Assembly: GCA_045594665.1 (NCBI GenBank)
Contig: JAZNYX010000053.1
Span: 71,833 to 135,832 of the forward strand
DNA: 64,000 nt
DNA from: Clostridia bacterium
Lineage (GTDB): Bacteria; Bacillota; Clostridia; UMGS1883
Reading direction: 5' to 3'
The translations under genes were made by a program, and so were the position numbers. The notes below the pieces were generated by a model. It ran no database searches and was not told the DNA's origin. It saw only the letters and a program-made list of their open reading frames with translations. Below, one piece after another: positions 29,970-39,684 of the stretch (positions within the stretch are counted from its first letter, which is position 1; each line of letters starts with the position of its first letter).

Positions 29970-29998
29970 AAGGCAGTACGCACAGCGTACTGCCTTTT
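29970..29998 (+). terminator. Intrinsic terminator
   Basis: AAGGCAGTACGC-aca-GCGTACTGCCTTTT. Confidence 0.8.
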
Positions 29999-30004
29999 CG
30001 ACTT

Positions 30005-30270
30005 TGTAAAAAGTCTGAAAAGCAGCACCGACCGCAAAACATAAATAATATTTTAAAAGAGGCGATTTTTATTAAGATGGGGAACAAAAGCACTTTGAGC
30101 AATCAAGGAAGAAATTCGCTTTGCGAATTTCGGATTTTATATGTTTTGCTATCCACGAACTTCACCCTCGACGTACCCACGTACGCCTTCGGGCAAGCCC
30201 TAAAGGGTTCAGTTCGTGAATTCTGCACTGCTTTTGAGCCTTTTTGCGTGAACGGATTAAAAAGAATAAA
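30005..30270. repeat. Structured intergenic repeat family 2, copy b
   Basis: AACTTCACCCTCGACGTACCCACGTACGCCTTCGGG..TTCAGTT matches 8481-8533. Confidence 0.75.
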
Positions 30271-30345
30271 CTGTAATGCAAAACACATAAAAAAAGCTTG
30301 ACAAAGGGTGAAATACGTTATATAATAACTAAGCATTTTGTTTAA

Positions 30346-30395
30346 ATGCTATCCTTGCTCCGGGTTTGTTCGGGGCCAAAGACCAGAAGGAGGTG
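30346..30395 (+). promoter_or_regulatory. S6:S18 ribosomal protein autoregulatory leader
   Basis: CCTTGCTC..GGGGCCAAAGACC..AAGGAGG: stem with CC bulge pairing with the rpsF SD. Confidence 0.7.
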
Positions 30396-30401
30396 TAGAA
30401 A

Positions 30402-30698
30402 ATGGCTGAAATTATCAACAAGTATGAGACCATTTTTGTTCTTGACACTGCGCTTGAGGAGGAGAAGATTAACGCTCTTTCCGAAAAGTTCCAGAAGCTC
30501 ATCGCTGATAACGGAACTGTTGAAAGCGTAGACGTATGGGGTAAGAGAAAGCTTGCTTATCCTATCGACTTCAAGACAGAAGGTTACTACGTTCTTGTGA
30601 ACTTCGCATCAAATCCTGAATTCCCCAAGGAACTTGAGAGAATTTACGGAATCACCGACGGTGTAATGCGTACTATCACAATCCGCAAGGAAGCGTAA
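30402..30698 (+). CDS. rpsF: 30S ribosomal protein S6
   Basis: KYETIF, WGKRKLAYPI, EGYY. Confidence 0.97.
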   Translation: MAEIINKYETIFVLDTALEEEKINALSEKFQKLIADNGTVESVDVWGKRKLAYPIDFKTEGYYVLVNFASNPEFPKELERIYGITDGVMRTITIRKEA

Positions 30699-30721
30699 GA
30701 AGACAAGGGGAGGTATTTTAA

Positions 30722-31150
30722 ATGCTTAACAAGGTTATTTTGATGGGCAGATTTACTCGCGACCCCGAGCTTCGCAGCACACCGCAGGGAGTAAGCACTT
30801 GTGCTTTTTCAATTGCGGTAGACCGTAACTTTGTCCGTCAGGGCGAAGAACGTAAGGCAGATTTCATCAACTGCGTTGCGTGGAGACAGACTGCGGAGTT
30901 TATTTCCAAATACTTCAAAAAAGGCAGCATGGTTGCTCTTGAAGGAAGTATTCAGACTCGCTCCTGGGATGATCAGGACGGTAAGAAGCGTTACGCTACA
31001 GAAGTTATCGTAAGTCAGGTGTATTTCGCTGAAAGCAAGCGTGAGTCACAAGGCTACAGCACTGAAGAATCATTCTCACAGGCTAATGACTTCGGTTCGC
31101 TTCCCGAACCTATTTCTCCTATGGGCACTGATGATGATTTACCATTCTAA
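30722..31150 (+). CDS. ssb: Single-stranded DNA-binding protein
   Basis: NKVILMGR..DPELR, C-terminal DDDLPF. Confidence 0.97.
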   Translation: MLNKVILMGRFTRDPELRSTPQGVSTCAFSIAVDRNFVRQGEERKADFINCVAWRQTAEFISKYFKKGSMVALEGSIQTRSWDDQDGKKRYATEVIVSQVYFAESKRESQGYSTEESFSQANDFGSLPEPISPMGTDDDLPF

Positions 31151-31168
31151 TTAAGGGAGGTTTTAGCC

Positions 31169-31420
31169 ATGATGGAAAAGGAAAAGACTGAAAGACCTTT
31201 CAGAGCAAGAAAAGCAAAGAAAAAAGTTTGCCAGTTCTGCGTTGATAAGGTAACAGATATCGACTATAAAGACGTTGCAAAGCTTCGTCGTTACGTTTCA
31301 GAGAGAGCAAAGATTCTTCCCAGAAGAATCACAGGCACATGTGCTAAGCATCAGCGTCAGCTGACAATCGCTATTAAGCGTGCTCGTCACATTGCACTTC
31401 TTCCTTTCTCTGCTGAATAA
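31169..31420 (+). CDS. rpsR: 30S ribosomal protein S18
   Basis: [29 protein letters not shown]. Confidence 0.97.
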   Translation: MMEKEKTERPFRARKAKKKVCQFCVDKVTDIDYKDVAKLRRYVSERAKILPRRITGTCAKHQRQLTIAIKRARHIALLPFSAE

Positions 31421-31473
31421 GAGAATATAAAGCGCCCTTTCGGAATAAAGATATTCCGAAAGTGTGTTTTTAT

Positions 31474-31869
31474 ATGAAAAAATATATGAGACTTATTTTC
31501 TTTGCTATGTTTTTATGTGTAATATCATTTCCCTCGGAAGAGGCTACAGAGAATATAAGCGTGTTTTCACGCACCGTAAAAGAAATGGGATATGATGATG
31601 TATCTGAAACTCCTTATGAAGTGGCGGAATTAACCATACCCACAGAATTTAATGAGGTGTATACCCGTTATAATGAGCTTTTAAAAACCGCAGGCTACGA
31701 CCTTTCGCCCTATAAGGGGAAGTTATGTAAAAGATATACCTACCTTATTCCGTCGCAAAATGCCCGTGCGAATATAATCGTATATGAGGGGGAAATAATA
31801 GGCGGCGATATTTCAAGCATAACCCTCGACGGAATTATGATTCCGATTGAAAAGAATCCATTGAAATAA
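31474..31869 (+). CDS. DUF4830-like exported protein
   Basis: Signal-like N-terminus; IPxEFNEVYxRYNEL..GYDLSPYKGK..RYTY..IIGGDI. Confidence 0.65.
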   Translation: MKKYMRLIFFAMFLCVISFPSEEATENISVFSRTVKEMGYDDVSETPYEVAELTIPTEFNEVYTRYNELLKTAGYDLSPYKGKLCKRYTYLIPSQNARANIIVYEGEIIGGDISSITLDGIMIPIEKNPLK

Positions 31870-31917
31870 ATGCTCAGTAGTGGTATAATGTGCTTATAAA
31901 CAAAGGGAGGTGCTTTT

Positions 31918-32625
31918 GTGCGTCTTGATAAATTTGTGTCCGATGCGGCGGCTCTTACCAGAAGTGAATCGAGAAAAGCAATAAAGTACGGCAGAGTATC
32001 CGTTGAGGGAACAGTGGTGAAGGATATTGCCGTGCATGTCCCCGAAAACTCAAATGTCTCGCTTGACGGCAGAGAAATATTCTATAAAAAATTTGTCTAT
32101 ATCATGCTTAATAAGCCCCAGGGCTATGTAAGTGCAACGGAGGATAAAAATCAAAAAACCGTGTTAGAGCTTCTTGACCCGTCCTATACAAGGTATCAGC
32201 TTTTTCCCGTAGGAAGACTGGACATTGACACTGAGGGATTCCTTCTTCTCACCAATGACGGAGATACAGCCCACAATCTTCTTTCTCCAAATAAAAATTT
32301 CGGAAAGACATATTTTCTGCAACTTGAAAATGATATAAGCGATGATGAAATTGATTTGCTTGAAAAAGGTGTAGACATAGGCGAATGTGTTACAAAGGAA
32401 GCAAAAGCAAAAAGGATAAACTCAAACGAAATAGAGCTTACGATAACTGAAGGAAAATTTCATCAGATTAAGAGAATGGCAAGGGCTGTGGGGAATAATG
32501 TGATGTATCTTAAACGCCTTTCATACGGAGAGCTTTATCTTGATAATGGGCTTAAAATCGGAGAATACAGGTCTCTGACTGATGAGGAAACCCGTTACCT
32601 ATACAATGTTCACAAAAAAAAGTAG
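31918..32625 (+). CDS. rsuA: 16S rRNA pseudouridine synthase, RsuA family
   Basis: S4 domain MRLDKF, LNKPQGYVS, VGRLDIDTEG, EGKFHQIKRM. Confidence 0.88.
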   Translation: MRLDKFVSDAAALTRSESRKAIKYGRVSVEGTVVKDIAVHVPENSNVSLDGREIFYKKFVYIMLNKPQGYVSATEDKNQKTVLELLDPSYTRYQLFPVGRLDIDTEGFLLLTNDGDTAHNLLSPNKNFGKTYFLQLENDISDDEIDLLEKGVDIGECVTKEAKAKRINSNEIELTITEGKFHQIKRMARAVGNNVMYLKRLSYGELYLDNGLKIGEYRSLTDEETRYLYNVHKKK

Positions 32626-32727
32626 TAAATTTGTGAAATCATAGTATTTGAAAAAGGATGAATTTGTGTTAAAATGTAAACAGTGTAAATTTGATGCATG
32701 TGTATATTTATTTAGGAGGTCAGTTAA

Positions 32728-33834
32728 ATGGCAGATTTACAATTAAAACATATTTATAAGAAGTACAGCGGCGGTGTTGTAGCTGTAACCGACTTCACTC
32801 TCGACATTGAGGATAAGGAATTCGTTATCCTTGTTGGTCCTTCAGGCTGTGGTAAGTCTACAACTCTCAGAATGATTGCAGGTCTTGAAGAAATCAGCGA
32901 AGGTGAGCTTTATATCGGCGGCAAGCTTATGAACGACGTTGCTCCCAAGGATAGAGATATTGCAATGGTTTTCCAGAACTACGCTCTTTATCCCCATATG
33001 ACAGTTTTCGAGAACATGGCATTCGGTCTTAAGCTCAGAAAGACTCCTAAGGACGAAATCCAGAGAAGAGTACAGGAAGCTGCTCGTATCCTTGATATTG
33101 AACATCTTCTTGAGAGAAAGCCCAAGGCTCTTTCAGGCGGTCAGCGTCAGCGTGTTGCTCTCGGTCGTGCAATCGTTCGTGAGCCCCTCGTATTCCTTAT
33201 GGACGAACCCCTTTCAAACCTTGATGCTAAGCTTCGTGTTCAGATGAGATCTGAAATTTCCAAGCTTCATCACAGACTTCAGACAACATTCATCTACGTT
33301 ACTCATGACCAGACAGAGGCTCTTACAATGGGTACAAGAATCGTTGTTATGAAGGACGGTTTCGTTCAGCAGGTTGACTCTCCCCAGGTTCTTTACAACT
33401 TCCCCGTAAACATGTTCGTTGCAGGCTTCATCGGTTCACCCCAGATGAACTTCTGCGATGCTGAAATTGTAGAAAAGGGCAGCGACCTTTATGTTAAGTT
33501 TGGTTCCAATGAAGTTAAGCTTGCTGCTGAAAAGGCTGAGAAGGCTAAGGCTTATGTTGGAAAGACGGTTGTTATGGGTATCCGTCCCGAAGACCTTTAT
33601 GATGATGCAGATTCTATTGAGAAGTTCTCTGATGCAATCATCAGTGCTGAAGTAGAAGTAACGGAAATGATGGGTGCTGAAACCTACCTTTATGTAGCTG
33701 TTGACGGTATCAACCTCATTGCACGTGTTAAGTCTGACAGCACAGCTAAGGTTGGCGATAAAATCAGTATCGCTCTTGATTCCTCCAAGATTCACATCTT
33801 TGATAAGGAAACAGAAAAGACAATCACAAACTAA
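32728..33834 (+). CDS. msmX: Stand-alone sugar ABC transporter ATPase (MsmX/MalK/UgpC family)
   Basis: GPSGCGKST, LSGGQRQR, DEPLSNLDAKLR, FIGSP, C-terminal TOBE domain. Confidence 0.88.
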   Translation: MADLQLKHIYKKYSGGVVAVTDFTLDIEDKEFVILVGPSGCGKSTTLRMIAGLEEISEGELYIGGKLMNDVAPKDRDIAMVFQNYALYPHMTVFENMAFGLKLRKTPKDEIQRRVQEAARILDIEHLLERKPKALSGGQRQRVALGRAIVREPLVFLMDEPLSNLDAKLRVQMRSEISKLHHRLQTTFIYVTHDQTEALTMGTRIVVMKDGFVQQVDSPQVLYNFPVNMFVAGFIGSPQMNFCDAEIVEKGSDLYVKFGSNEVKLAAEKAEKAKAYVGKTVVMGIRPEDLYDDADSIEKFSDAIISAEVEVTEMMGAETYLYVAVDGINLIARVKSDSTAKVGDKISIALDSSKIHIFDKETEKTITN

Positions 33835-33849
33835 TTTTAATAAAAAACA

Positions 33850-33892
33850 AAAATGCAAAGAAGCAAAAAGGCTTCTTTGCATTTTTTTTATT
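33850..33892 (+). terminator. Intrinsic terminator
   Basis: AAAATGCAAAGAAGC/GCTTCTTTGCATTTT followed by T run. Confidence 0.8.
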
Positions 33893-33955
33893 GTCTGAGA
33901 AATACTAACATAGCCGAAATTTCGGCTGAAATCTATTTTGAAAGGTTGGTTAATA

Positions 33956-34111
33956 ATGAATGAAAATACACCCAATGACAGTATACTTCTTCCGGAAGGA
34001 GTAGTGGAAGATGATCCTAATGTGTTATGGCTCACCAGAGCATATTCCGATATAGTTACAGGAGAGCTTTTAAGAGAAGAAAATGAGAAGAAAAGGGGGA
34101 GCCGTGAATGA
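33956..34111 (+). CDS. Small acidic protein (51 aa) translationally coupled to gpr
   Basis: MNENTPNDSILLPEG..KKRGSRE; GAAAGG SD; TGA overlaps the gpr ATG (ATGA). Confidence 0.6.
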   Translation: MNENTPNDSILLPEGVVEDDPNVLWLTRAYSDIVTGELLREENEKKRGSRE

Positions 34112-34983
34112 ATTTCAGAAGTGACCTTGCATTGGAAAGACGGGAGATGTTTGCGGGGGAAATTGCAGGGATTGAAAGTCTCCGTCACGATAATGACGGA
34201 ATCAGTGTGACTCATGTGAAAATAAAGGATGATGACGCCGCAGAAAAAATAGGAAAGCCCATAGGAAATTATGTGACAATAGAAATAAAGGATTTGTCAC
34301 TCCCTGACGATGAGATATGTGACAGGGCTGTAAATGCGGTTTCCGCGGAATTAAAAAAACTTATAAAGGGATTCCCCGATGCCTCAGTCTTGGTTGTAGG
34401 ACTTGGAAACCGGGATATTACTCCTGATTCAATAGGTCCAAAGGCTGTGGGAAAGCTCACCGTCACACGTCATATTTCAAAGGCCACAGATAACGAATTT
34501 AATCTGTCCCTCCGTCCTGTTAGTGCCATTGCTCCGGGAGTTTTGGGTATAACAGGTATCGAAACAAGCGAAATAGTAAAGGGAGTCATAGAGTTTGTAA
34601 AGCCTCAGCTTATAATAGCAATTGATGCTCTTGCCGCAAGAAATCTAAGTCGCCTCGGCACCACGCTTCAAATAAGTGATACGGGAATAACCCCCGGGAG
34701 CGGAGTGGGTAATCACCGCAGAGCTTTAAATGAGGAAACCTTGGGCGTTCCCGTAATAGCCATAGGAGTACCTATGGTTGCGGATGTATTAACTCTGGCA
34801 ATGGATATTATACAGAAACTGCCCAAAAATGAACAAGAGGAAAACGAGCAAAAGCTTGCCCAAAATATTATTACCAAAAGAGGAGAGAGCATGGTTGTTA
34901 CTCCCAACGATGTTGATATTATCTCTCAGCAAGCCTCCGATATAATTGCCGATGCAATAAATATTGCGTTGTATGAGAAATAA
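34108..34983 (+). CDS. gpr: GPR endopeptidase (spore germination protease)
   Basis: RSDLALE, VVGLGN..TPDSIGP, APGVLGITGIET, IDALAAR. Confidence 0.93.
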   Translation: MNFRSDLALERREMFAGEIAGIESLRHDNDGISVTHVKIKDDDAAEKIGKPIGNYVTIEIKDLSLPDDEICDRAVNAVSAELKKLIKGFPDASVLVVGLGNRDITPDSIGPKAVGKLTVTRHISKATDNEFNLSLRPVSAIAPGVLGITGIETSEIVKGVIEFVKPQLIIAIDALAARNLSRLGTTLQISDTGITPGSGVGNHRRALNEETLGVPVIAIGVPMVADVLTLAMDIIQKLPKNEQEENEQKLAQNIITKRGESMVVTPNDVDIISQQASDIIADAINIALYEK

Positions 34984-35068
34984 ACCTCTCCGATACTTGA
35001 ACACAGCCGCTTTTTATGTTATAATACAAGATAGCATGTTTTTTTAGAAAAAGCGAAGGGGTACCAGA

Positions 35069-35683
35069 ATGAACATTATCAGTGCTCATATAACAAGGCT
35101 CAGAATTTCATCGGGAATATCGCAGGAGCAGCTTGCACAAAGAATCGGCACAGGTGTTACAACCGTTAAAAATATAGAAAGCGGATATCTTACCTCGCCT
35201 CCGACTCCCATTGTGGAGAAGCTGTCGGAGGTTTTCGGTATTTCTCCCTTTGAGCTTATGAACTGTATCTCGTTTTGCGTTGGAGAAAAGGGAAGAATGG
35301 TTCACGTAGTATCTGCGGTCAGCGGAGATAAGCCTTTCCTTGAAACAGCCAAAATAGTGGAAACCATATTTATTGATGGGGACAGGTATGACGGAAACGA
35401 ATATATGGGCGTAAAGATGCCTGATAATGCTATGATTGATGCACACATCTGCCCTGATGACAGCGTTATTGTAAGGCAGGATGCCGTGGTTAAAAACGGA
35501 GATATGGTTTTAGCTGTATACAGCCGCGAGGACGGAGTGGTCAGAAGATATTTTAAAAAGGGAAACATGGTTTTGCTTAAGGCGGAAAATACAAGCGGGC
35601 TTTATCCCGATATAGAAGTTGACGCAGACAGTGATAGATTTAAGGTACTGGGCAAAGTGATTACGTCCGTAAGGTCATATTAG
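35069..35683 (+). CDS. XRE-HTH plus S24 (LexA/CI-like) regulator, catalytic residues substituted
   Basis: ISQEQLAQRIG..IESG HTH; C-terminal IVRQD..NGD..AEN..YP..LGKV S24 pattern. Confidence 0.8.
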   Translation: MNIISAHITRLRISSGISQEQLAQRIGTGVTTVKNIESGYLTSPPTPIVEKLSEVFGISPFELMNCISFCVGEKGRMVHVVSAVSGDKPFLETAKIVETIFIDGDRYDGNEYMGVKMPDNAMIDAHICPDDSVIVRQDAVVKNGDMVLAVYSREDGVVRRYFKKGNMVLLKAENTSGLYPDIEVDADSDRFKVLGKVITSVRSY

Positions 35684-35806
35684 CCAATATATAATAAAAA
35701 CAGTAAAAATAGTAAAACTTACTTGCATTTTATCGGAAATAGTAATATACTGTAATGCGGACGTGTTTATTCATCTTGGATGACCGTCAGAAGGGAAGCG
35801 AAATTT

Positions 35807-36991
35807 ATGATATATTTGGATAATGCTGCCACAACTAAAGTGAAAGACAGCGTAATATCAGCTATGCTTCCGTATTTTACGGAAACTTTCGGGAATGCAT
35901 CCTCGACTTATACAACCCCCGGACAAGCTGCCAGAAAGGCACTTTCACAGGCAAGGGAAAAAGTTGCAAAGTGTATCGGTGCAGACACAAAGGAAGTTTT
36001 CTTCACAAGCGGAGGAAGCGAAGCGGATAACTGGGCAATAAAGGGCGTAGCCCTTAAAAATAAAGAGAAGGGAAATCATATTATCACAACCACGGTGGAA
36101 CACCATGCAGTGCTTCACACCTGTGAGTTTTTGGAGAAACAGGGCTTTAAGGTAACCTATGTTCCCGTAGATGAATTTGGTATGGTAAATCCCGAAGATA
36201 TAAAAAATGCAATTACCGATGAAACGGTGCTTGTTTCAGTCATGTTTGCAAATAATGAAATAGGAACAATTAACCCCATTAAGGAAATAGGCGAAATTTG
36301 CCGCGAAAAGGGTGTATATTTCCATACCGATGCCGTACAGGCAACGGGTGCCGTTCCCATTGACGTTAAGGAAATGAATATTGATTTGCTTTCCATGTCG
36401 GCACATAAATTCCACGGTCCCAAGGGCGTGGGTGCACTTTACATCAGAAAAGGCGTAAAGATTGACAATCTTCTTCACGGCGGTGCACAAGAGCTTGGAA
36501 GACGTGCCACAACTGAAAATGTGGCAGGCATTGTGGGCATGGCACAGGCACTTTCGGAGGCGTGTGAAAACATGCAGGAAAAAACAGAAAAGATTACAAA
36601 ACTCAGAGATAAGCTTATAGACGGGATTTTGGAAAGTGTTCCCTATACCCGCCTTAACGGACACAGAACGAAAAGACTGCCCAACAATACAAGCTTCTGC
36701 TTCCGTTATATTGAAGGGGAGAGCTTGCTTCTCAGCCTTGATATGATGGGGTACGTAGTTTCCAGCGGCAGTGCGTGTACTTCAGGCTCTCTCGACCCGT
36801 CCCATGTGCTTTTGGGAATCGGGCTTCCTCATGAGATTGCGCATGGCTCTATGCGTGCCTCGCTTTCGGAGTTTACTACAGAAGAAGAAATTGATTCCTT
36901 TATTAAAGCGGTAGGGCCTATCGTACAGAGACTTCGCGATATGTCGCCTCTTTATGAAGGTGTAGAAAGGAATGAAAAAAATGTACAGTGA
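35807..36991 (+). CDS. iscS: Cysteine desulfurase
   Basis: YLDNAATT, FTSGGSEADN, SAHKFHGPKG, SSGSACTS. Confidence 0.93.
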   Translation: MIYLDNAATTKVKDSVISAMLPYFTETFGNASSTYTTPGQAARKALSQAREKVAKCIGADTKEVFFTSGGSEADNWAIKGVALKNKEKGNHIITTTVEHHAVLHTCEFLEKQGFKVTYVPVDEFGMVNPEDIKNAITDETVLVSVMFANNEIGTINPIKEIGEICREKGVYFHTDAVQATGAVPIDVKEMNIDLLSMSAHKFHGPKGVGALYIRKGVKIDNLLHGGAQELGRRATTENVAGIVGMAQALSEACENMQEKTEKITKLRDKLIDGILESVPYTRLNGHRTKRLPNNTSFCFRYIEGESLLLSLDMMGYVVSSGSACTSGSLDPSHVLLGIGLPHEIAHGSMRASLSEFTTEEEIDSFIKAVGPIVQRLRDMSPLYEGVERNEKNVQ

Positions 36992-37406
36992 AAAAGTAAT
37001 GGACCATTTCTCCAACCCCAGAAATGTAGGGGAGCTTGCCGATGCTAACGCAGTTGGTACAGTCGGTAATGCAAAGTGCGGAGACATAATGAAAATTTAT
37101 ATGAAAATTGAAGACGATATCGTAAAAGATGTCAGCTTCAAGACCTTCGGATGCGGTGCCGCTGTGGCAACCAGCTCTATGGCAACCGAGCTTGTAAAAG
37201 GAAAAACCATTGAGGAAGCTCTTGGGCTTACCAATAAAGCGGTTGTGGAAGCTCTTGAAGGACTTCCGCCTGCAAAGATTCATTGCAGTGTTCTTGCGGA
37301 AGAAGCTATTAAGGCAGCTATCCAGGACTATTACGACAAGAGCGGAATTGAAAAGAAAGTGGAATGCAGCGGAAACTGTGCGCACTGTCACGGACACCAT
37401 GAGTAA
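36972..37406 (+). CDS. nifU: Fe-S cluster scaffold NifU/IscU
   Basis: YSEKVMDHF.NPRNVG, CGD, FGCG, KIHCS. Confidence 0.93.
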   Translation: MKKMYSEKVMDHFSNPRNVGELADANAVGTVGNAKCGDIMKIYMKIEDDIVKDVSFKTFGCGAAVATSSMATELVKGKTIEEALGLTNKAVVEALEGLPPAKIHCSVLAEEAIKAAIQDYYDKSGIEKKVECSGNCAHCHGHHE

Positions 37407-37411
37407 GGGAA

Positions 37412-37482
37412 TGTAAAAAAGTCCGGAACGCAAAAAGGCTTAAAAAAGAAGAAAAATTGTATAAAATACGATTTTTCTTCTT
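37412..37482. repeat. Repeat family 2, short copy c (probably also terminator)
   Basis: GTAAAAAA..CGCAAAAAGGC and GAAAAATTGTAT..ATACGATTTTTCTTC match copy a. Confidence 0.55.
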
Positions 37483-38541
37483 TTATTTTACAAAATCCGC
37501 CAGCCCCTCGGCAAAATATCTTGCGCCCAAGAGTGCTTCATCCATGGTGTTTCCGTTTGTTCCCACTTCTACGATTAATGCACCGGGAGCAAGCTGTTGG
37601 TTAAATCTCTGGCTTCTAAAGTTTATCGGCCTCATTAAATCGGGATATATTGAAGATATATGCTGCTGAAGCTTATATGCAAAGGATAGGTTTTCCTCCC
37701 AGTTTTTATGTTCAAGACCGCTTAAATTACTGCCTACAACCAGCATTATTTTTGCTGCATCCTCGGAATCTATTTTTGCAGTATATTTTACTTTTTCACC
37801 GTTTTTTCCTTCGATGGCATCGCGGTGTACGTCCAGCACGATTTTTATCGAAGGATCATTTTTTATATGATTGGAAACATTTGTGCCGCTTTTGTTATAA
37901 CTGCCGTTGTAGCTGGGGTAATCATTGATGGTGGTATCGTGATAAACTTTAATCCCACGGCTTTTGAGCGTTTTTTCAATTTCTTTTCCTACCTTTACCA
38001 TGTTAAAGCTTTTGTCTGTAGTCCTGTCCGTATCGGTGGGGGAATAGGGGAATTTTTCCGACGGTGTATAGCTTTCCGTGGTATGTGTGTGGACAATAAG
38101 GACAGAAAAATCTTCTTTCAGAAAGGAAAGCTGTGCAAAGTTGTATTTTTCAGCATCTAAATTTAAATGTGTATTATTGGAAAATTTAACTTCGGGCATT
38201 TCTTTTACTGCCGTGTTATTTTTATCGGTGGTTTGCTTTACTTCGTTTTCGGCTTTGGTGTAAACGGCTTTTGTCGGAGAACTTTGGGGCGAAGCCGCTT
38301 TTTCTGTATTAATCAGTGAAAAAACACTTGTGTAATCAGCTTTTTCATGATTATGAGGAAGCTGTGAGCAGAGGAAAAAATTTACCAAATTTTTGTTAAG
38401 CTTTATTTCGGGGGCATTCCCCATTAATGAAGAACTTGTAATTACCATGGCGGCAAATAAAGATAACGCAACCGGTATGCGAAGAAATTTTAAATTTATG
38501 GAAATTATAGAAGTTTTTTTCAAAAAATCGCCTCTTTTCAT
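37483..38541 (-). CDS. spoIIP: Stage II sporulation protein P
   Basis: IVHTHTTESY, VLDVHRD, FNQQL..LIVEVG..NT. Confidence 0.92.
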   Translation of the reverse strand: MKRGDFLKKTSIISINLKFLRIPVALSLFAAMVITSSSLMGNAPEIKLNKNLVNFFLCSQLPHNHEKADYTSVFSLINTEKAASPQSSPTKAVYTKAENEVKQTTDKNNTAVKEMPEVKFSNNTHLNLDAEKYNFAQLSFLKEDFSVLIVHTHTTESYTPSEKFPYSPTDTDRTTDKSFNMVKVGKEIEKTLKSRGIKVYHDTTINDYPSYNGSYNKSGTNVSNHIKNDPSIKIVLDVHRDAIEGKNGEKVKYTAKIDSEDAAKIMLVVGSNLSGLEHKNWEENLSFAYKLQQHISSIYPDLMRPINFRSQRFNQQLAPGALIVEVGTNGNTMDEALLGARYFAEGLADFVK

Positions 38542-38701
38542 AGAATATATATTGATTTATTTCAAAAAATATGCAATAATATGTATGTATGTGTACAAAG
38601 AGCAGTATAGGCTCTTATAAACTTAATTGTGTCTTATCGGCCCACGATAAGATATGTGTATGATAATAAAACTTCTTGTGGGCAGAAAGGTTTTGTGGAT
38701 T

Positions 38702-39565
38702 ATGTTGGTATCAGCAAAAGAAATGTTGGAAAAGGCTCGTGCAGGGCATTATGCAGTAGGTCAGTTCAATATTAACAATCTTGAATGGACAAAGGCTATT
38801 CTTCTTACGGCTCAGGAGCTTAATTCTCCTGTTATATTGGGCGTAAGCGAGGGTGCAGGTAAATATATGGCAGGCTATAAAACCATCGTTGGCATGGTTA
38901 ACGGCATGATTGAAGGATTGGGAATTACAGTTCCCGTAGCACTTCATCTTGACCACGGCAGCTACGAGGGTGCTATGAAGTGTATCGAAGCAGGCTTTTC
39001 ATCAGTTATGTTTGACGGAAGCCATTATCCCATCGATGAAAACGTTGCAAAGACAACCGAGCTTGTAAAGATTTGTGCAGAAAAAGGTCTCAGCCTTGAG
39101 GCAGAAGTAGGTGCAATCGGCGGTGAAGAAGACGGCGTTGTAGGAAACGGTGACATTGCTGATCCCGCAGAATGTAAGACTATTGCAGACCTTGGTGTTA
39201 CAATGCTTGCGGCAGGTATCGGTAACATTCACGGTAAATATCCCGAAAACTGGAAGGGTCTTGATTTTGACGCTCTCGGAAAAATCAACGATGCAACAGG
39301 CGGAATCCCCCTTGTTCTTCACGGTGGTACGGGAATTCCTGCTGATATGATTAAAACCGCAATCAGCCTGGGCGTTGCAAAGATTAATGTAAATACAGAG
39401 TGTCAGCTTTCATTTGCAGCAGCTACAAGAAAGTACGTTGAAGCAGGTAAGGACCTTGAAGGTAAGGGCTTTGACCCCAGAAAGCTTCTTGCTCCCGGCT
39501 TTGAGGCAATTAAGGAAACCGTTAAGGAAAAAATGGAGCTTTTCGGAAGCATAAACAAGGCGTAA
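38702..39565 (+). CDS. fba: Class II fructose-bisphosphate aldolase
   Basis: FNINNLE, LHLDHG, SVMFDGSH, LVLHGGTG, KINVNTE. Confidence 0.96.
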   Translation: MLVSAKEMLEKARAGHYAVGQFNINNLEWTKAILLTAQELNSPVILGVSEGAGKYMAGYKTIVGMVNGMIEGLGITVPVALHLDHGSYEGAMKCIEAGFSSVMFDGSHYPIDENVAKTTELVKICAEKGLSLEAEVGAIGGEEDGVVGNGDIADPAECKTIADLGVTMLAAGIGNIHGKYPENWKGLDFDALGKINDATGGIPLVLHGGTGIPADMIKTAISLGVAKINVNTECQLSFAAATRKYVEAGKDLEGKGFDPRKLLAPGFEAIKETVKEKMELFGSINKA

Positions 39566-39585
39566 CCGATATATGGTAACCAGAT

Positions 39586-39621
39586 AGGGGATGTAAAATT
39601 AATTTTTTTACATCCCCTTTT
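39586..39621 (+). terminator. Intrinsic terminator
   Basis: AGGGGATGTAAAA/TTTTACATCCCCT followed by TTT. Confidence 0.75.
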
Positions 39622-39684
39622 AAAAATAAGGCACAGCACGGAGAGATTGGCGAGGGCTGTGCTAACTGAATATGAGGGAAAAAT

